Numbered from the stretch's first letter, positions 9,116 to 20,351 are shown. The stretch: 64,000 nucleotides of DNA from a candidate division WOR-3 bacterium (GCA_965649205.1 CBFGJV010000012.1:10971-74970), one strand, 5' to 3'. Notes: a model not told the origin generated them from the letters alone. Translations and numbers: made by a program.

Positions 9116-10384
9116 TCACAGCTTACGGATATAACCAACCAGTTCCTTCTTCAGCAGGTACTTGGGCCGGCTGTAGGTCGGTCTGGCTGTGATTATTATC
9201 TTGTAGTCGCCCGGAGGCACATAGTTTCCGGTGTTGTCTCTGCCGTCCCAGACGATTAGCACTTCACCCGGGCGCTGGGCGTGCGGAGGTGTGAGGGTGC
9301 GAACTGGAGTTTCCTGCTCATTGAGGATAGTTACTTCCACATCTGCCACTTCAGTTATGTATAGAGTTATGGTTGTACCCAGGTGCTGAGAGTCCAGTTG
9401 GGGGGGATAGCAACCGATAAAGTAAGCATCCAGTCCTATCCAGTAGTATTGGCCACCGTCAGCTTCGTTGACGAACAGCTGGCCGAAGCGGCGCCAGATG
9501 GTGATGCCGCGGGGGCTGTTGAACTTGCCCGTGCCGCCCTGCGAAGTGAGGTATTTTAGATTAGGATCGAAAAGGTGGATTTCATTGTTCACCTGGTCGG
9601 TGACATATACGTTTCCATGCCGGTCGAAGGCGCAATAAGCGAAGGCAGCTTCGCTACGGCCGATGCGACGCATGTCCTGTTGCCGCCGCAACTGACCGGA
9701 AAGTGAAAATTGACTGATGCGGGTTTGGTCGCGATCAATCACTACAACCGCTTCTACTCCGTAGTCGTTGTAATCTGCTCCGGCGTCTAGGACGGCCAGT
9801 GCGCTAGGTCGTTCGAGTTCCGTCCCCCAGACCGATATGAGCCGGCCATCCGGTTCATATACTACGATTCGGTTGTTATCGGTATCGGCCACGTAGATTC
9901 TGCCGCGGGAGTCGAGGTCAACTCCGCGCGGTCTGGCAAGGGAGGAATCGAGTACAGATACCCACTGCAGCCGACCCTGTGCGTAACGTAGGCGGACTAC
10001 CCGATTATTGTCGGTATCGGCCACATATACGTCGCCCTGCGCGTTACAGCAGATACCGTGCGGATTGCGAAATTGGCCCGTGTCTGAGCCAACAGAACCA
10101 TATACCCCGGGTTTCACCAGTCTCACGTTGTAAAGAATCTGACCAGTACCGGAGTTGACCGCAAACAGGGTAAGAATGTGGTCGTCTTTGCCCGTAGTCG
10201 GGTCGTCTTCTTCTATCATTTTGGCAGCACACATGCCCTGCGGATTTGAAATCGTAAAACGCTGGCCTAGATAAAGATTCAGGTAGAAGCTGGTGATACG
10301 CTGAAATCCCAAAGTATGGCTGAATGGCGGGGCAAGAAGTGTGGTGGGAGTTTGGACGAAGATAAGAGCTAGAAGAAGCTGCAC
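9116..10384 (-). CDS. NHL-repeat beta-propeller protein with C-terminal FlgD Ig-like domain
   Basis: Repeated P-G...YVADTDNNR motifs; C-terminal VWDGRDNTGNYVPPGDY. Confidence 0.85.
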   Translation of the reverse strand: MQLLLALIFVQTPTTLLAPPFSHTLGFQRITSFYLNLYLGQRFTISNPQGMCAAKMIEEDDPTTGKDDHILTLFAVNSGTGQILYNVRLVKPGVYGSVGSDTGQFRNPHGICCNAQGDVYVADTDNNRVVRLRYAQGRLQWVSVLDSSLARPRGVDLDSRGRIYVADTDNNRIVVYEPDGRLISVWGTELERPSALAVLDAGADYNDYGVEAVVVIDRDQTRISQFSLSGQLRRQQDMRRIGRSEAAFAYCAFDRHGNVYVTDQVNNEIHLFDPNLKYLTSQGGTGKFNSPRGITIWRRFGQLFVNEADGGQYYWIGLDAYFIGCYPPQLDSQHLGTTITLYITEVADVEVTILNEQETPVRTLTPPHAQRPGEVLIVWDGRDNTGNYVPPGDYKIIITARPTYSRPKYLLKKELVGYIRKL

Positions 10385-10390
10385 CGCAAG

Positions 10391-10418
10391 ATGTTACCCT
10401 CTACCTGAGTATAGTCAA
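10391..10418 (-). promoter_or_regulatory. Sigma70-type promoter, probably leaderless, for the NHL-PorV-kinase operon
   Basis: TTGACT-N16-TAACAT, then 6 nt to GTG 10384. Confidence 0.5.
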
Positions 10419-10448
10419 GATTGCCTTTTTTGGAACTGGGGCCAGTGC

Positions 10449-10476
10449 TTGACTTGCGGCAAGGTGGTTCTAGAAT
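10449..10476 (+). promoter_or_regulatory. Sigma70-type promoter for trmI
   Basis: TTGACT-N16-TAGAAT, then 9 nt to GTG 10486. Confidence 0.55.
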
Positions 10477-10485
10477 CCGCATGCT

Positions 10486-11298
10486 GTGCTGAAGCCTGGT
10501 GACTTCGTTTGTCTGTATCACTCCGAAAGAATGAGCTATTTGGTGCAGTTGCCCGAGTCGGGCAGGTTTTCTACGCACCGGGGATACATCGATCTGGCGC
10601 AGGTTGTGGGCAAGGAATATGGCGATACGGTTACTACCCAACTACACTGCCGTTTTGTGCTGCTTCGTCCCACCACAGCCGATTTTCTTCTCAAAGTCAG
10701 ACGGGTGACCACTATAGTTTATCCCAAGGATGCAGGAGTGCTTCTTCTGGACACGTGTGTTTTTCCCGGGGCCCGGGTGGTAGAAGTGGGTTCTGGTTCC
10801 GGAGGTCTAACTACGCTTCTGGCTTCGTTTGTACGGCCCGACGGGAGGGTGTATTCCTACGATCGGCGGGAGGATTGCAGCCAGGCAGCGAGAGCCAATG
10901 TACAGCGCTACGGTCTGGCCGAGTGGTGTGAGTTTTTTGTGCGAGATGTGGCTACGGATGGTTTTGAGCAAACAGACGTGGATGCGGTTTTTCTGGATGT
11001 GCCGGAACCCTGGACTCTGCTTTCAGCTTCCTGGCGGGCGTTGAAAGGAGGACATCCGCTTGCGGCCATTGTCCCTACCGCGGAGCAGTTACGTGAGATC
11101 TGCCGGGAGTTGGCCGCAGTCGGGTTTACTAGAGTGAGGGCGCAGGAAATACTCAAGCGTGATATGCAGGTAAGGACAGGTGGCACCCGACCAGTAGACC
11201 GGATGATAGGACACACGGTGTACATAGTGCTGGCGCATAAGGCAAACCGGACGGGGACAGACAGAGTAGACCCACAACATCCTCAGGTTGATGTCTGA
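10486..11298 (+). CDS. trmI: tRNA (adenine58-N1)-methyltransferase
   Basis: IVYPKDA, VEVGSGSGGLT, VFLDVPEPW and RMIGHT motifs of the GCD14/TrmI family. Confidence 0.9.
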   Translation: MLKPGDFVCLYHSERMSYLVQLPESGRFSTHRGYIDLAQVVGKEYGDTVTTQLHCRFVLLRPTTADFLLKVRRVTTIVYPKDAGVLLLDTCVFPGARVVEVGSGSGGLTTLLASFVRPDGRVYSYDRREDCSQAARANVQRYGLAEWCEFFVRDVATDGFEQTDVDAVFLDVPEPWTLLSASWRALKGGHPLAAIVPTAEQLREICRELAAVGFTRVRAQEILKRDMQVRTGGTRPVDRMIGHTVYIVLAHKANRTGTDRVDPQHPQVDV

Positions 11299-12208
11299 AA
11301 AGGGTTGCGCTGTTAGGCCTAGCCTTTATCCTGCTGACAGAGGCGGAGTTCCAGCTTGCTGTGTATTTGCCTTAGGATTTGTTCTGGCGTTGTCCGCCAG
11401 CTGTGCTCCGAAGACAGCTTCTTCTAGACCTGGTCTTCGCGTAGTTTCTTTGGTTCCGAGCGTTACGGAAATTATTTATGCCGTAGGAGCAGAGGAGTAT
11501 CTAAGGGGCAATACTACCTTTTGCGACTTTCCAGAGGCGGCGAAGAATGTATATAAAGTGGGTGACTATTTGCGACCGGACTGGGAAAGGATTGTTGCCC
11601 TGAAGCCGGATTTGGTGTTTCTAACGCTGCCCGCGCAGCAGGAAATCGCCGAGAAGTTGTCTGAGACAGGGATAAAATACTACGTTTCTCAACCTCAGAC
11701 CATAGACGACATTCTGCAGGAGATTGATAGTGTTGCTAAACTTCTTGGTCGGCAAGTACGAGGTCACGCCTTGGTGGAAAGCCTGAAAGCCATTCTGGAT
11801 TCCATACCAGCCTATAGGGATACTCCCCGAGTGTATGTTGAAGTTTCAGACGTTCCTTTGCTTGCTGCTGGCGCGCGTAGTTTCCTGAGTAGCCTTCTGT
11901 TTAGAGCGGGCGGACGCAATATCTATGATTACACAGTTGTGCAAGAGTATCCTCTGGTGGACCCGGAATTTGTCATTAAATCAGCGCCGGATGTAATTCT
12001 TTTGTTGTATCCCGGGGGAAGTGCCTACGAGCTTAGCCAGCGAGTGGGATGGGCGGCTATACCGGCGGTGAGGAACGGGAGGATCTACGAAGGGTTGGAT
12101 TTGAACCTGTTTTCCCGGCCCGGTCCTAGGTTTGCGCAGGCAGTATGGGAACTGGTTCACATACTCCATCCGGAGAGTCGTCCAGAGGAAGCCGGCAGGT
12201 CTTTTTGA
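11288..12208 (+). CDS. btuF: Cobalamin/Fe-siderophore ABC transporter substrate-binding lipoprotein (BtuF-like)
   Basis: RVVSLVPSVTEIIYAVG, ERIVALKPDLV, IPAVRNGRIY and RPGPR motifs; lipobox SASC. Confidence 0.8.
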   Translation: MMSEKGCAVRPSLYPADRGGVPACCVFALGFVLALSASCAPKTASSRPGLRVVSLVPSVTEIIYAVGAEEYLRGNTTFCDFPEAAKNVYKVGDYLRPDWERIVALKPDLVFLTLPAQQEIAEKLSETGIKYYVSQPQTIDDILQEIDSVAKLLGRQVRGHALVESLKAILDSIPAYRDTPRVYVEVSDVPLLAAGARSFLSSLLFRAGGRNIYDYTVVQEYPLVDPEFVIKSAPDVILLLYPGGSAYELSQRVGWAAIPAVRNGRIYEGLDLNLFSRPGPRFAQAVWELVHILHPESRPEEAGRSF

Positions 12209-12236
12209 CGGCCTGCAGGAAGGGAAAATACTCGGG

Positions 12237-13220
12237 ATGATCACTGAACAATTGAGTCGTCGGCCGGTAGGGACCCAGCGGAGAAGGACGAGGCAGCTAA
12301 TGGTGTGGTGCATAATGTTCCTGCTGTTGCTCTGTGTGGGTATCGTATCTTTCTTGACGGGGCCGGGTTACCTGGGTACTCCTGAAGTTCTCAGGCTGCG
12401 AATACTGCGTCTGGTTCTGGGAATACTGGCCGGCGGTGTCCTGTCCTTGACTGGTGCCGCACTTCAGGGTCTGTTGCGGAATCCGCTGGTTGACCCCTTT
12501 ACTCTGGGCGTTTCCAGCGGAGCGGCATTTGGGGTGAGTGTGATGACTGTGCTTGGAGTTGGAACCAGCGTGTTGAAGCCGGTAGCCGGTTTTGCGGGTG
12601 CCATGCTTACCATAGTTGCAGTTTATCTGCTTGCGCAGTCCCAGGGGAGATTGAGTGTTACCGGCTTGGTACTTGCAGGTGTGATAGTCAGCCTTTTTTT
12701 CTCGAGCCTGGTGATGCTGCTGATAGTTCTCAGCCGTCAGACACTGGGACATGCCGTCTATATTCTGATGGGACATTTGGGAGTCGTTTTCACCCGCGGC
12801 TCCCTTCTTCTATTCGCTGTTTCGGCGGTGATAATGGTCTGCGGTTGTGGGCTGTTGCTGACTTATGCTCGCGCGCTGGATATCGTTTCTGCCGGTGAGG
12901 AAGCAGCTCTTAGTCTGGGAGTCGACACCGCCCGGATGACAAGAGCGGTATTTCTGATTTCTTCGCTGCTAGTGGGATTGGTGGTGTCATTTACGGGGGC
13001 AATAAGTTTTGTTGGTCTGGTAGTGCCGCATCTGGTCCGTATGATGTTCGGTCCTCGACATTCTCAGGTCTTGCCGGGTTCCTTCGTTCTTGGCGGCGCT
13101 ATTCTGGTCGGAGCAGATGTGCTTGCCAGAAGTTTGGTGCCAGGAGGTCTTCCGCTTTCTATTGTAACCGCGTTAGTAGGAGTCCCTTTCTTCATTTATC
13201 TGTTGCAAAAAAGGCTGTAG
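12237..13220 (+). CDS. btuC: FecCD/BtuC-family ABC permease
   Basis: QGLLRNPLVDPFTLGVSSGA, ISFVGLVVPH and GVPFFIYLL motifs; start set at ATG 12237. Confidence 0.85.
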   Translation: MITEQLSRRPVGTQRRRTRQLMVWCIMFLLLLCVGIVSFLTGPGYLGTPEVLRLRILRLVLGILAGGVLSLTGAALQGLLRNPLVDPFTLGVSSGAAFGVSVMTVLGVGTSVLKPVAGFAGAMLTIVAVYLLAQSQGRLSVTGLVLAGVIVSLFFSSLVMLLIVLSRQTLGHAVYILMGHLGVVFTRGSLLLFAVSAVIMVCGCGLLLTYARALDIVSAGEEAALSLGVDTARMTRAVFLISSLLVGLVVSFTGAISFVGLVVPHLVRMMFGPRHSQVLPGSFVLGGAILVGADVLARSLVPGGLPLSIVTALVGVPFFIYLLQKRL

Positions 13221-13252
13221 CGGTGGTGGAATTTTAACGGTCGGGCAGAACT

Positions 13253-14077
13253 ATGGAAAAAGGCGAGTCAGGTTATGTTACCGCTTCAGCGGCCGATACA
13301 GTTTTGGAGTTTGAACAGGTAAACTTTGGATACGGACAGGAGTTGGTGTTGGAAGAGTTCAGTCTGGGCGTCAGTCGTCGCGATTTTTTAGGAGTTATTG
13401 GTCCTAACGGAGCGGGCAAGACAACACTTTTGCGCCTGGCGGCAGGTTTGGTGCGACCTGCAAGTGGAACCGTTCGACTCTGTGGCAAGAACCTGGCTGA
13501 ATACAGTCGTCGGGCCGTGGCGCGCAAGGTGGCGGTGGTTTTTCAGGAAAATCACTTTGCCTTTGATTACCGGGTAAAGGATGTGGTTTTGATGGGTAGA
13601 CATCCTCACGTGGGACGTTTTGCTTCTCTGAGGCGTCAGGACTATGAGATAGCTTCAGCAGCGCTTCAGTTTGTAGATGCTGACCACCTTGAAGACAAGA
13701 AGATTAATCAGATTTCTGCCGGTGAGAAGCAGCGCGTAGTATTGGCTAGGGCTTTGGCACAAGAACCGGAAGTCCTCCTCTTGGATGAGGCAACGTCTCA
13801 TCTCGATTTATCCCATCAGTTGCTGCTTCTAGAACTTCTGCAAAAACTTAATCGAGAAGAAGGTCGGACAGTTATATTTCTGGCTCATGACCTGAATCTG
13901 GCGGCTCTGGTCTGCAACAAGATTTTATTACTGGCCGCCGGGCGAAAGATAACTTGTGATACGCCGGAGCGAGTACTGACTGAGGAGATAATAAACCGGG
14001 TTTATGGAGTGAAGCCTGTAGTCATCCGCCATCCGCTTCTAGGTGTACCCCAGGTAATCTTACCGGCTAAGAAGTAA
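13253..14077 (+). CDS. ABC transporter ATP-binding protein (FepC/BtuD-like)
   Basis: Walker A GPNGAGKT, signature ISAGEKQR, Walker B LLLDE, HDLNLA. Confidence 0.9.
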   Translation: MEKGESGYVTASAADTVLEFEQVNFGYGQELVLEEFSLGVSRRDFLGVIGPNGAGKTTLLRLAAGLVRPASGTVRLCGKNLAEYSRRAVARKVAVVFQENHFAFDYRVKDVVLMGRHPHVGRFASLRRQDYEIASAALQFVDADHLEDKKINQISAGEKQRVVLARALAQEPEVLLLDEATSHLDLSHQLLLLELLQKLNREEGRTVIFLAHDLNLAALVCNKILLLAAGRKITCDTPERVLTEEIINRVYGVKPVVIRHPLLGVPQVILPAKK

Positions 14078-14099
14078 TGGACTAGGAAAAAGTTGAAAG

Positions 14100-14408
14100 T
14101 CAGGGGGTCTGGTTTTTGACGGGAGTGGAGTCGGCTTGAATAGTGCCAAAGATGCGACTAGCCAGTTCCTTGGCACTTTCCGGCTGAGCCAGGTAGTGTA
14201 GGTGCTTCTGCAGACTGTCAATCTCGCGGGCGAGCAAGTCTATCTCCTTTTCCATTCTGGTAGTTTGCAAGTGACGGGTTGCTATGGCTATGGCACCATT
14301 GGGGCCGGGCAGAAACAGCAACAACAAGAGTGCGAGGAGAACGAGGGAAATGTAACCGCGGCGTCGCTTTCTCTTAGCATGAGAGACAGGAGGTTTGCTG
14401 TACTTCAT
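14100..14408 (-). CDS. Septum formation initiator family protein (FtsB/DivIC-like)
   Basis: Basic N-terminus, one TM helix and a coiled coil; lies directly downstream of eno, the usual eno-ftsB synteny. Confidence 0.65.
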   Translation of the reverse strand: MKYSKPPVSHAKRKRRRGYISLVLLALLLLLFLPGPNGAIAIATRHLQTTRMEKEIDLLAREIDSLQKHLHYLAQPESAKELASRIFGTIQADSTPVKNQTP

Positions 14409-15682
14409 CTGGCTAATGGGGCCAATCCTGCGTAGTCCAGGCGGTCTTCTTCTTCGATGCGGAGCAGGCGGTTGTATTTGGCTATGCGTTCACCGCGACA
14501 AGGTGCGCCGGTTTTTATCTGGCCGGTACTGGCGGCAACAGCTAGGTCGGCTATGAAATGGTCTCCTGTCTCGCCGGAGCGATGTGATACTACGGTACGG
14601 TAACCGCGGTCTGTAGCCAGTTTGATACAGTCAAGCGTTTCGCTTACTGTGCCGACTTGGTTCGGTTTTATGAGTATGGCATTGGCAATGTGCTCGCGTA
14701 TTCCTTGTTCCAGACGTTTTGTGCTGGTGACGAAAATGTCATCTCCTACCAGCTGGATGCGGGACCCTAGCCGTTCTGTCATTTTCCGCCAGCCTTCCCA
14801 GTCGTCCTCCGCTAGTCCGTCTTCGATGGAAATGATCGGATAGCGGTCAATCCATTGCGCATACATATCTATCATTTCGTCCGACGTCAATCGCCGCTTC
14901 TCGGGAATAGTGAGTTCATATGCTCCATTCTTGTAGAAACTGCTGGCCGCAGGGTCTAAGCCTAGGAATATGTGTTTGCCCGGTTCGTATCCAGCTGCCT
15001 CAATGGCTTTCAGAACGAATTTGATAGGTTCTTCGTTGTCGGTGAAGTCAGGGGCGAAACCGCCTTCGTCGCCAGTTGTAGTCTTCTTGTCTGCTGCGGC
15101 AAGAAGCTGTTTCAGGCGGTGATAGGTCTCGGCGGCGGCACGGAGAGCTTCGTGGAAGTTAGGCAGTCCTGCTGGGATGATCATAAATTCCTGAAGGTCG
15201 AGATTATTGGCGGCATGAGCACCGCCGTTGATTATGTTGAGTTGGGGAGTGGGGAGAAGCTTGGTACCGGCTCCCCCCAGATAACGGTATATGGAGAGAC
15301 CAGCTGTGGCAGCAGCGGCTCGGCAGACTGCAAGAGAGGCACCGAGTATTGCATTGGCCCCGAGGTTTTTCTTATTTGAAGTGCCATCCAGTTCACACAA
15401 AGCTCGATCAATACGGTACTGGTCGGTGGCATTCATGCCGACTAGGCGATGCTTGATGGTTGTATTCACGTTTTCGACCGCTTTCAGGACACCTTTGCCG
15501 AGATAACGATGAGGGTCGCCGTCACGCAGTTCCAATGCTTCGAACTTGCCAGTGGAAGCGCCAGAAGGAACCGATGCTCTTCCTAAAGTCCCATCAGAGA
15601 GGATACAGTCAACCTCGAGGGTTGGATTTCCGCGCGAGTCCAATATCTGGCGGGCTTTGAGGTCAGCTATTTTTTGGGCCAT
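14405..15682 (-). CDS. eno: Enolase
   Basis: [32 protein letters not shown] and GQIKTG motifs. Confidence 0.98.
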   Translation of the reverse strand: MAQKIADLKARQILDSRGNPTLEVDCILSDGTLGRASVPSGASTGKFEALELRDGDPHRYLGKGVLKAVENVNTTIKHRLVGMNATDQYRIDRALCELDGTSNKKNLGANAILGASLAVCRAAAATAGLSIYRYLGGAGTKLLPTPQLNIINGGAHAANNLDLQEFMIIPAGLPNFHEALRAAAETYHRLKQLLAAADKKTTTGDEGGFAPDFTDNEEPIKFVLKAIEAAGYEPGKHIFLGLDPAASSFYKNGAYELTIPEKRRLTSDEMIDMYAQWIDRYPIISIEDGLAEDDWEGWRKMTERLGSRIQLVGDDIFVTSTKRLEQGIREHIANAILIKPNQVGTVSETLDCIKLATDRGYRTVVSHRSGETGDHFIADLAVAASTGQIKTGAPCRGERIAKYNRLLRIEEEDRLDYAGLAPLAR

Positions 15683-16970
15683 TGTCTTCTCCTTTCCGGG
15701 TGTGGATACTGCAGTATTCTGCGCGTCGTTCCGGATAAAGGGGAAAAGCTGCTACAAGTTCTGCCACCTCTGCTCGAATCAGGCCGAGGGCATTGTCGTC
15801 CGAAGCTGCGGTAATGGCCCGGTCTATCAACTCGGCCACTTTCAGCATTTCTGATTCTTTCATTCCTCTAGTGGTTAAAGCAGGAGTTCCGAGTCTCATA
15901 CCCGAAGCTATGAAAGGTTTTTCTGGATCGAAAGGTATAGTATTGCGGTTCACGGTGATGCCGACCTTACCCAGAACTCGTTCGGCGTCACGCCCGGTGA
16001 TTTTCTTCGGCCGGAGGTCAACTGAGAACAGATGATTGTCCGTGCCACCGGATACTATACGGTAACCACGACTAGCCAGAGCCTCCGCTAGTGTTCGGGC
16101 ATTGGCCAGAGTCTGACGCTGGTATTCACGAAACTCCGGAGTTAACGCTTCTCTAAAAGCTACGGCCTTAGCTGCTATGCAGTGTTCCAGGGGGCCACCT
16201 TGAATGCCGGGGAATACTGTTTTGTCCAGTTCCTCGGCTAACGCTGCTTTGCACATGGCGATGGCTCCCCGTGGTCCCCGCAGGGTCTTGTGGGTAGTAG
16301 TTGTGACTATTTGAGCGTAGGGCACTGGCGAAGGATGCAGCCCGGCTGCTACCGGGCCGGCGATGTGGGCTATATCAGCCAGGTGGGATGCCCCAACTTC
16401 GTCGCATATCTCCTGGAATTTGTCGAAGTGTATGGTGCGTGAATAGGCCGAGGCACCAGAAACAATGATTTTGGGTTTGTGTTCTAAGGCAAGTTTTCTG
16501 ATTGCCGCATAGTCCAATTGTTCGGTCTGGGGGTCGACTGTGTACGCTACGACGCGAAAATAGCGGCCGGAGAAATTTAGGGGGTGTCCATGGGAAAGAT
16601 GACCGCCGTGAGTAAGACTGAGGCCAAGGATAGTATCGCCCGGTTTTGCTAGGGTCAGAAATGCAGCAATGTTGGCCGAAGTTCCGGAATGGGGCTGGAC
16701 ATTGACGTGGTCGCAACCAAAGAGTTGTTTGGCCCGTTCGCGAGCCAGTTCTTCCGCTATGTCAACAAAACGGCAGCCGCCGTAGTAGCGTTTCTTAGGA
16801 TAACCTTCTGCATATTTATTGGTCAGCGGCGACCCCAGGGCCGCCAATACCGCTTCGGAGCAAAAGTTTTCAGAGGCAATCAGTTCCAGATGGTCGTGCT
16901 GGCGTTCGGTTTCCTGGCGAACCGCCTCGAATATTTCCGGGTCGGTGGTAAACAAAACATGTGATGTCAT
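15663..16970 (-). CDS. glyA: Serine hydroxymethyltransferase
   Basis: [15 protein letters not shown] and [12 protein letters not shown] motifs; SD GGAGG before ATG 16970. Confidence 0.97.
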   Translation of the reverse strand: MTSHVLFTTDPEIFEAVRQETERQHDHLELIASENFCSEAVLAALGSPLTNKYAEGYPKKRYYGGCRFVDIAEELARERAKQLFGCDHVNVQPHSGTSANIAAFLTLAKPGDTILGLSLTHGGHLSHGHPLNFSGRYFRVVAYTVDPQTEQLDYAAIRKLALEHKPKIIVSGASAYSRTIHFDKFQEICDEVGASHLADIAHIAGPVAAGLHPSPVPYAQIVTTTTHKTLRGPRGAIAMCKAALAEELDKTVFPGIQGGPLEHCIAAKAVAFREALTPEFREYQRQTLANARTLAEALASRGYRIVSGGTDNHLFSVDLRPKKITGRDAERVLGKVGITVNRNTIPFDPEKPFIASGMRLGTPALTTRGMKESEMLKVAELIDRAITAASDDNALGLIRAEVAELVAAFPLYPERRAEYCSIHTRKGEDNGPKNS

Positions 16971-17084
16971 CAGTGAGTCCTCCAGACGTCTTGCATAACT
17001 GGCCAAGACTAACGTTCCTGCTGAGAAAGTCAAGCAGAGGTCTGTTGGTTGCGCTAGGTGGACTGGCAAGGCATGGTGCGAGCA

Positions 17085-17112
17085 TTGACGGATGTGACCT
17101 CAATAGTAAACT
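17085..17112 (+). promoter_or_regulatory. Sigma70-type promoter, leaderless, for mazG
   Basis: TTGACG-N16-TAAACT, then 5 nt to ATG 17118. Confidence 0.55.
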
Positions 17113-17117
17113 GGGCC

Positions 17118-17960
17118 ATGTTGGAAGAACTTGTGGCTGTTGTACGTAAGCTGAGGAGCGAGTGTCCTTGGGACCGCAAGCAGACCGTTTCCACAACCCG
17201 GCCCTTATTGCTAAATGAAGCATATGAACTGGACGAAGCTCTGGCCGCAGGAAAGGTTGAGGACATCGTGGAGGAGTTGGGTGATTACCTGTTCATGGGA
17301 ATTTTTCTGGCTGATGTGTTAGCAAAGGAGCAGGGCATAAGGTTGGAGCAAATTATTGAAAGGGTCATAGCGAAGCTTAAAAAGAGACATCCGCATATAT
17401 ATGGTCAAGCAAAGGTAACAGGTGTTGCTCAGGTTTTGCGTAACTGGGAGCTAATAAAGCAGGCAGAAGCAAATCGTGAAGGGAATAAGCGAACATACCT
17501 GGATAGTTTGCCCAAGACATTACCTGCGTTGAAGTATGCGCAGTTGATACAGGAAAGGTGTGCCCGCGTGGGGTTTGATTGGCCAGAACCCAGTCAGGTA
17601 TTGGATAAGGTAATTGAGGAAGTGAACGAAGTAAGAGAAGAACTGAAGCGGGCAAGGACTGCCAGTATCCGTAAGACAAGAAGTTCTGCCGCAAAAATAG
17701 GCAAGAAGCGGTCGGAAAAAAGCGGTGGGAGTAAAGGCGGGCGTGCCGTGGCAGAGGAACTGGGAGATCTGTTTTTTGTGCTGGTGAATCTCTGCCGGCA
17801 CCTCGGCTTGGACGCAGAAACTGTGCTGCGGGATGCAAACAGCAAGTTTGTGCGTCGGTTCCGTTTAATGGAACAGGAGCTGAGTCGTCAGGGTAAGAAA
17901 ACTGGTCAAGCGAGTCTGGAGGAGATGGACGCGGTTTGGAACCGCATCAAACAACGCTAA
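17118..17960 (+). CDS. mazG: Nucleoside triphosphate pyrophosphohydrolase MazG
   Basis: CPWDRKQT, EELGDYL, RHPHIY, VGFDW and EELGDLFF motifs. Confidence 0.95.
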   Translation: MLEELVAVVRKLRSECPWDRKQTVSTTRPLLLNEAYELDEALAAGKVEDIVEELGDYLFMGIFLADVLAKEQGIRLEQIIERVIAKLKKRHPHIYGQAKVTGVAQVLRNWELIKQAEANREGNKRTYLDSLPKTLPALKYAQLIQERCARVGFDWPEPSQVLDKVIEEVNEVREELKRARTASIRKTRSSAAKIGKKRSEKSGGSKGGRAVAEELGDLFFVLVNLCRHLGLDAETVLRDANSKFVRRFRLMEQELSRQGKKTGQASLEEMDAVWNRIKQR

Positions 17961-18165
17961 CTTGGAAATCTGTTGCAGCTACTTCTGGGTAGACGGCAAG
18001 AGCATTAGTTGGACATTCTGAGATCAGCGCTCATGGTTGCGGAGTTTCTCGCAACAGTCCGATGAAAGTTAGGCTATTGACATTTGGGTCCTCTGTGCTA
18101 CACTCGGCTCAGTTTAAGAGCCTGAGAAGGCTCAAGAGGCCATAAATTTCTGAAAGGAGGAGTCA

Positions 18166-20295
18166 GTGAAAGGTCACACTATCATCCTGTGTCTCGTGCT
18201 GACGGCAGGAATGGCGCTGGGTGCGTTATCCGGCAGCTTCTCAGCCGGGCAGCTAGGCACCAGTACGCCCATTGGGCTGACAAATCTCGCTGAGAACGAG
18301 GTCGTGCTCAGTCCAGTAGTTCCGACTGAGGTAGAATGGATGGATAATCCGGACGAAACTCTGAAGTATGACCGTACGCCGGCCAATGCAATTGGTCTGA
18401 CGAACGGAGGTACATTTCGGGCGGCAGTCCGGTTTACTCCCACCTACAGTTGCACCCTGAAGGCAATTTTGTTCTATCAGCGCGATGCATCATCCAACCA
18501 ATATGTATTCGTGTTTGGAGAGGGACTGGATACGGTTCCCGGTCCAATTCTGGACTCAGCTCCCTATACCGGCGCAGGTGGTAATCAATGGAAGAGGGTG
18601 AATCTGGCTGTTCCGCGTGTACTGCCGGCGGGAATAGATTTTTGGGCGTGCGTGCGTGCGACGCATACTGCCGGGACGTATCCTATTGGTTGTGATTCCG
18701 GTCCGATGATAAGGAATCGTTCGGGATTTATTTCGACCGGTACTACCTGGCAGCAGATTGCTGACTTTGGTTTGAACTACAGCTGGAACATTCGCGCAAT
18801 TGTCAGCCGGGCAGTCTCATACACAAATGATATCGGGGTGAGCAACATTCTATCTCCGGGCAAGAGTATTTCTCCAGGTTCTTATCCTTGTGTTGCGCGA
18901 GTGGTGAATTTCGGTACAGCAGCCCAGTCAAACTTCCCGGTTCGATGCAAAATAGATTCTGCAGGCGTTACGGTGTACGACCGTACCTATACCTATACGG
19001 GTTCTCTGGCTCCTGGTGCGCGAGTGGACGTAACCTTCAGTCCAAACTGGAATACAGGGCCGTCGGGTGCACTGTATAGTGTTAAGTTCTTTACCGAGTT
19101 GGCTACAGACGAAAACCGCGCCAACGATACGGCTCAACAGCAGACCAGTATTATGACCGGATTGCCGTTGATGACCCATGATACGGGGTACTGCAAGCTA
19201 TCTGTGACTTGTTTTGGTTCGATAGGATACGATAACCCGCCGAGTGATGCGGGAGTTGGTTTCTGTTATCCCAAGACTGCGGCCAGTGCTTTGTTCTATG
19301 CCAGCTTTGCCGTAGGGACTAGCGATGCGTACGTTGCAGACCGTTACTTCAGCCGGCCGGCAAACAGCCCAGTGAACCAAGACTTGGTTCCGGTGGATAG
19401 TTTGCGTCCAGTGGTTCCGCCGACCGGAGACCAGCACTATCGAGGAAGTTATTCGGACGCAGGACATCCTACTCCGAAAGGTATCAGGATTACCCAGCAC
19501 AGTCATCAGGCGGCTGCGTTCGGATATGACGATTTTGTGGTTCTGGCTTTTGACGTGACTAACACCAGCACGGCACCCGTTACAGGTCTGTATGCCGGGA
19601 TCTTCGCTGATTTTGACATCGGTTCTAATCCAGCGTTGAACACGGCGGCGGCAGATACTGTACGGCGACTTATGTATATGAGGCAGCAGTCCACAGCCAC
19701 TCCGACCGTGGGCGTAAAAATCCTTGCGCCGGCGTCGTTCCGGAATCTATCTTGCGTGGACCATGCCCGATATGTGTACCCGGATTCTGCCATGAGCGAG
19801 GGTATGAAGTGGCGCTTCCTGAACGGGACGATTGTGCAGCGCAGTTCCAACCGGGCGTACGACTGGTCAATTGTTACGTCAGTCGGCCCCTTTGACCTTG
19901 CACCGGGAGCGGGTTATCGCTTTGCGGTTGCCTTTGTTGGCGGTTCCAGCGAGGCAGAAGTCAGGGCTCATGCCGATTCTGCTCAATCGTGGTATGATGC
20001 CAGAGTTGGTGTTGGAGACAAACCAGCCGGAGCTGATGGCCAGCATGTCTTCTCTGTTTCGCCAAATCCTTTCTGTCAGGCTACTCGGATTCGCTATACC
20101 AGTCGTCAGGCAGGAAACATGGAGCTAAGCGTGTACGATGCAGCTGGTGCTCTCGTGGAGCGGGTGACGACTCACATAGAGGCTGGTTCGGGTACCTTTT
20201 CTTGGCGACCTAAGAATCTGTCTCGGGGAGTCTATTTCCTGGATGTGCGTACCCCTGAGGATAAGGCAAGGCTGAAGGTGCTGCTGGTAGAGTAG
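18166..20295 (+). CDS. Secreted protein with a CARDB-like Ig domain and T9SS-type C-terminal sorting domain
   Basis: SD AAAGGAGG; signal peptide; DIGVSNIL..DENRANDT; C-terminus SPNPF..YDAAG..GVYFL..KVLL. Upstream promoter TTGACA-N16-TACACT at 18077-18104. Confidence 0.8.
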   Translation: MKGHTIILCLVLTAGMALGALSGSFSAGQLGTSTPIGLTNLAENEVVLSPVVPTEVEWMDNPDETLKYDRTPANAIGLTNGGTFRAAVRFTPTYSCTLKAILFYQRDASSNQYVFVFGEGLDTVPGPILDSAPYTGAGGNQWKRVNLAVPRVLPAGIDFWACVRATHTAGTYPIGCDSGPMIRNRSGFISTGTTWQQIADFGLNYSWNIRAIVSRAVSYTNDIGVSNILSPGKSISPGSYPCVARVVNFGTAAQSNFPVRCKIDSAGVTVYDRTYTYTGSLAPGARVDVTFSPNWNTGPSGALYSVKFFTELATDENRANDTAQQQTSIMTGLPLMTHDTGYCKLSVTCFGSIGYDNPPSDAGVGFCYPKTAASALFYASFAVGTSDAYVADRYFSRPANSPVNQDLVPVDSLRPVVPPTGDQHYRGSYSDAGHPTPKGIRITQHSHQAAAFGYDDFVVLAFDVTNTSTAPVTGLYAGIFADFDIGSNPALNTAAADTVRRLMYMRQQSTATPTVGVKILAPASFRNLSCVDHARYVYPDSAMSEGMKWRFLNGTIVQRSSNRAYDWSIVTSVGPFDLAPGAGYRFAVAFVGGSSEAEVRAHADSAQSWYDARVGVGDKPAGADGQHVFSVSPNPFCQATRIRYTSRQAGNMELSVYDAAGALVERVTTHIEAGSGTFSWRPKNLSRGVYFLDVRTPEDKARLKVLLVE

Positions 20296-20319
20296 GGAAC
20301 ATCTGCTGTTTGTTTTACA

Positions 20320-20351
20320 GCACAGGGCGCCGGGTACCCGGCGCCCTGTGC
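20320..20351. terminator. Perfect 32-bp palindrome, probably a terminator hairpin
   Basis: GCACAGGGCGCCGGGT|ACCCGGCGCCCTGTGC, about 25 nt after the stop at 20295; no U-tract on the + strand. Confidence 0.6.

Noticed and set aside
11200..11290. Cobalamin riboswitch upstream of the btuF-like gene
   Set aside because: btuF overlaps the trmI stop, leaving no leader, and no B12-box was seen.
17650..17745. Lys/Ser/Gly-rich insert in MazG
   Set aside because: In-frame low-complexity loop with no sign of an intein or mobile element.
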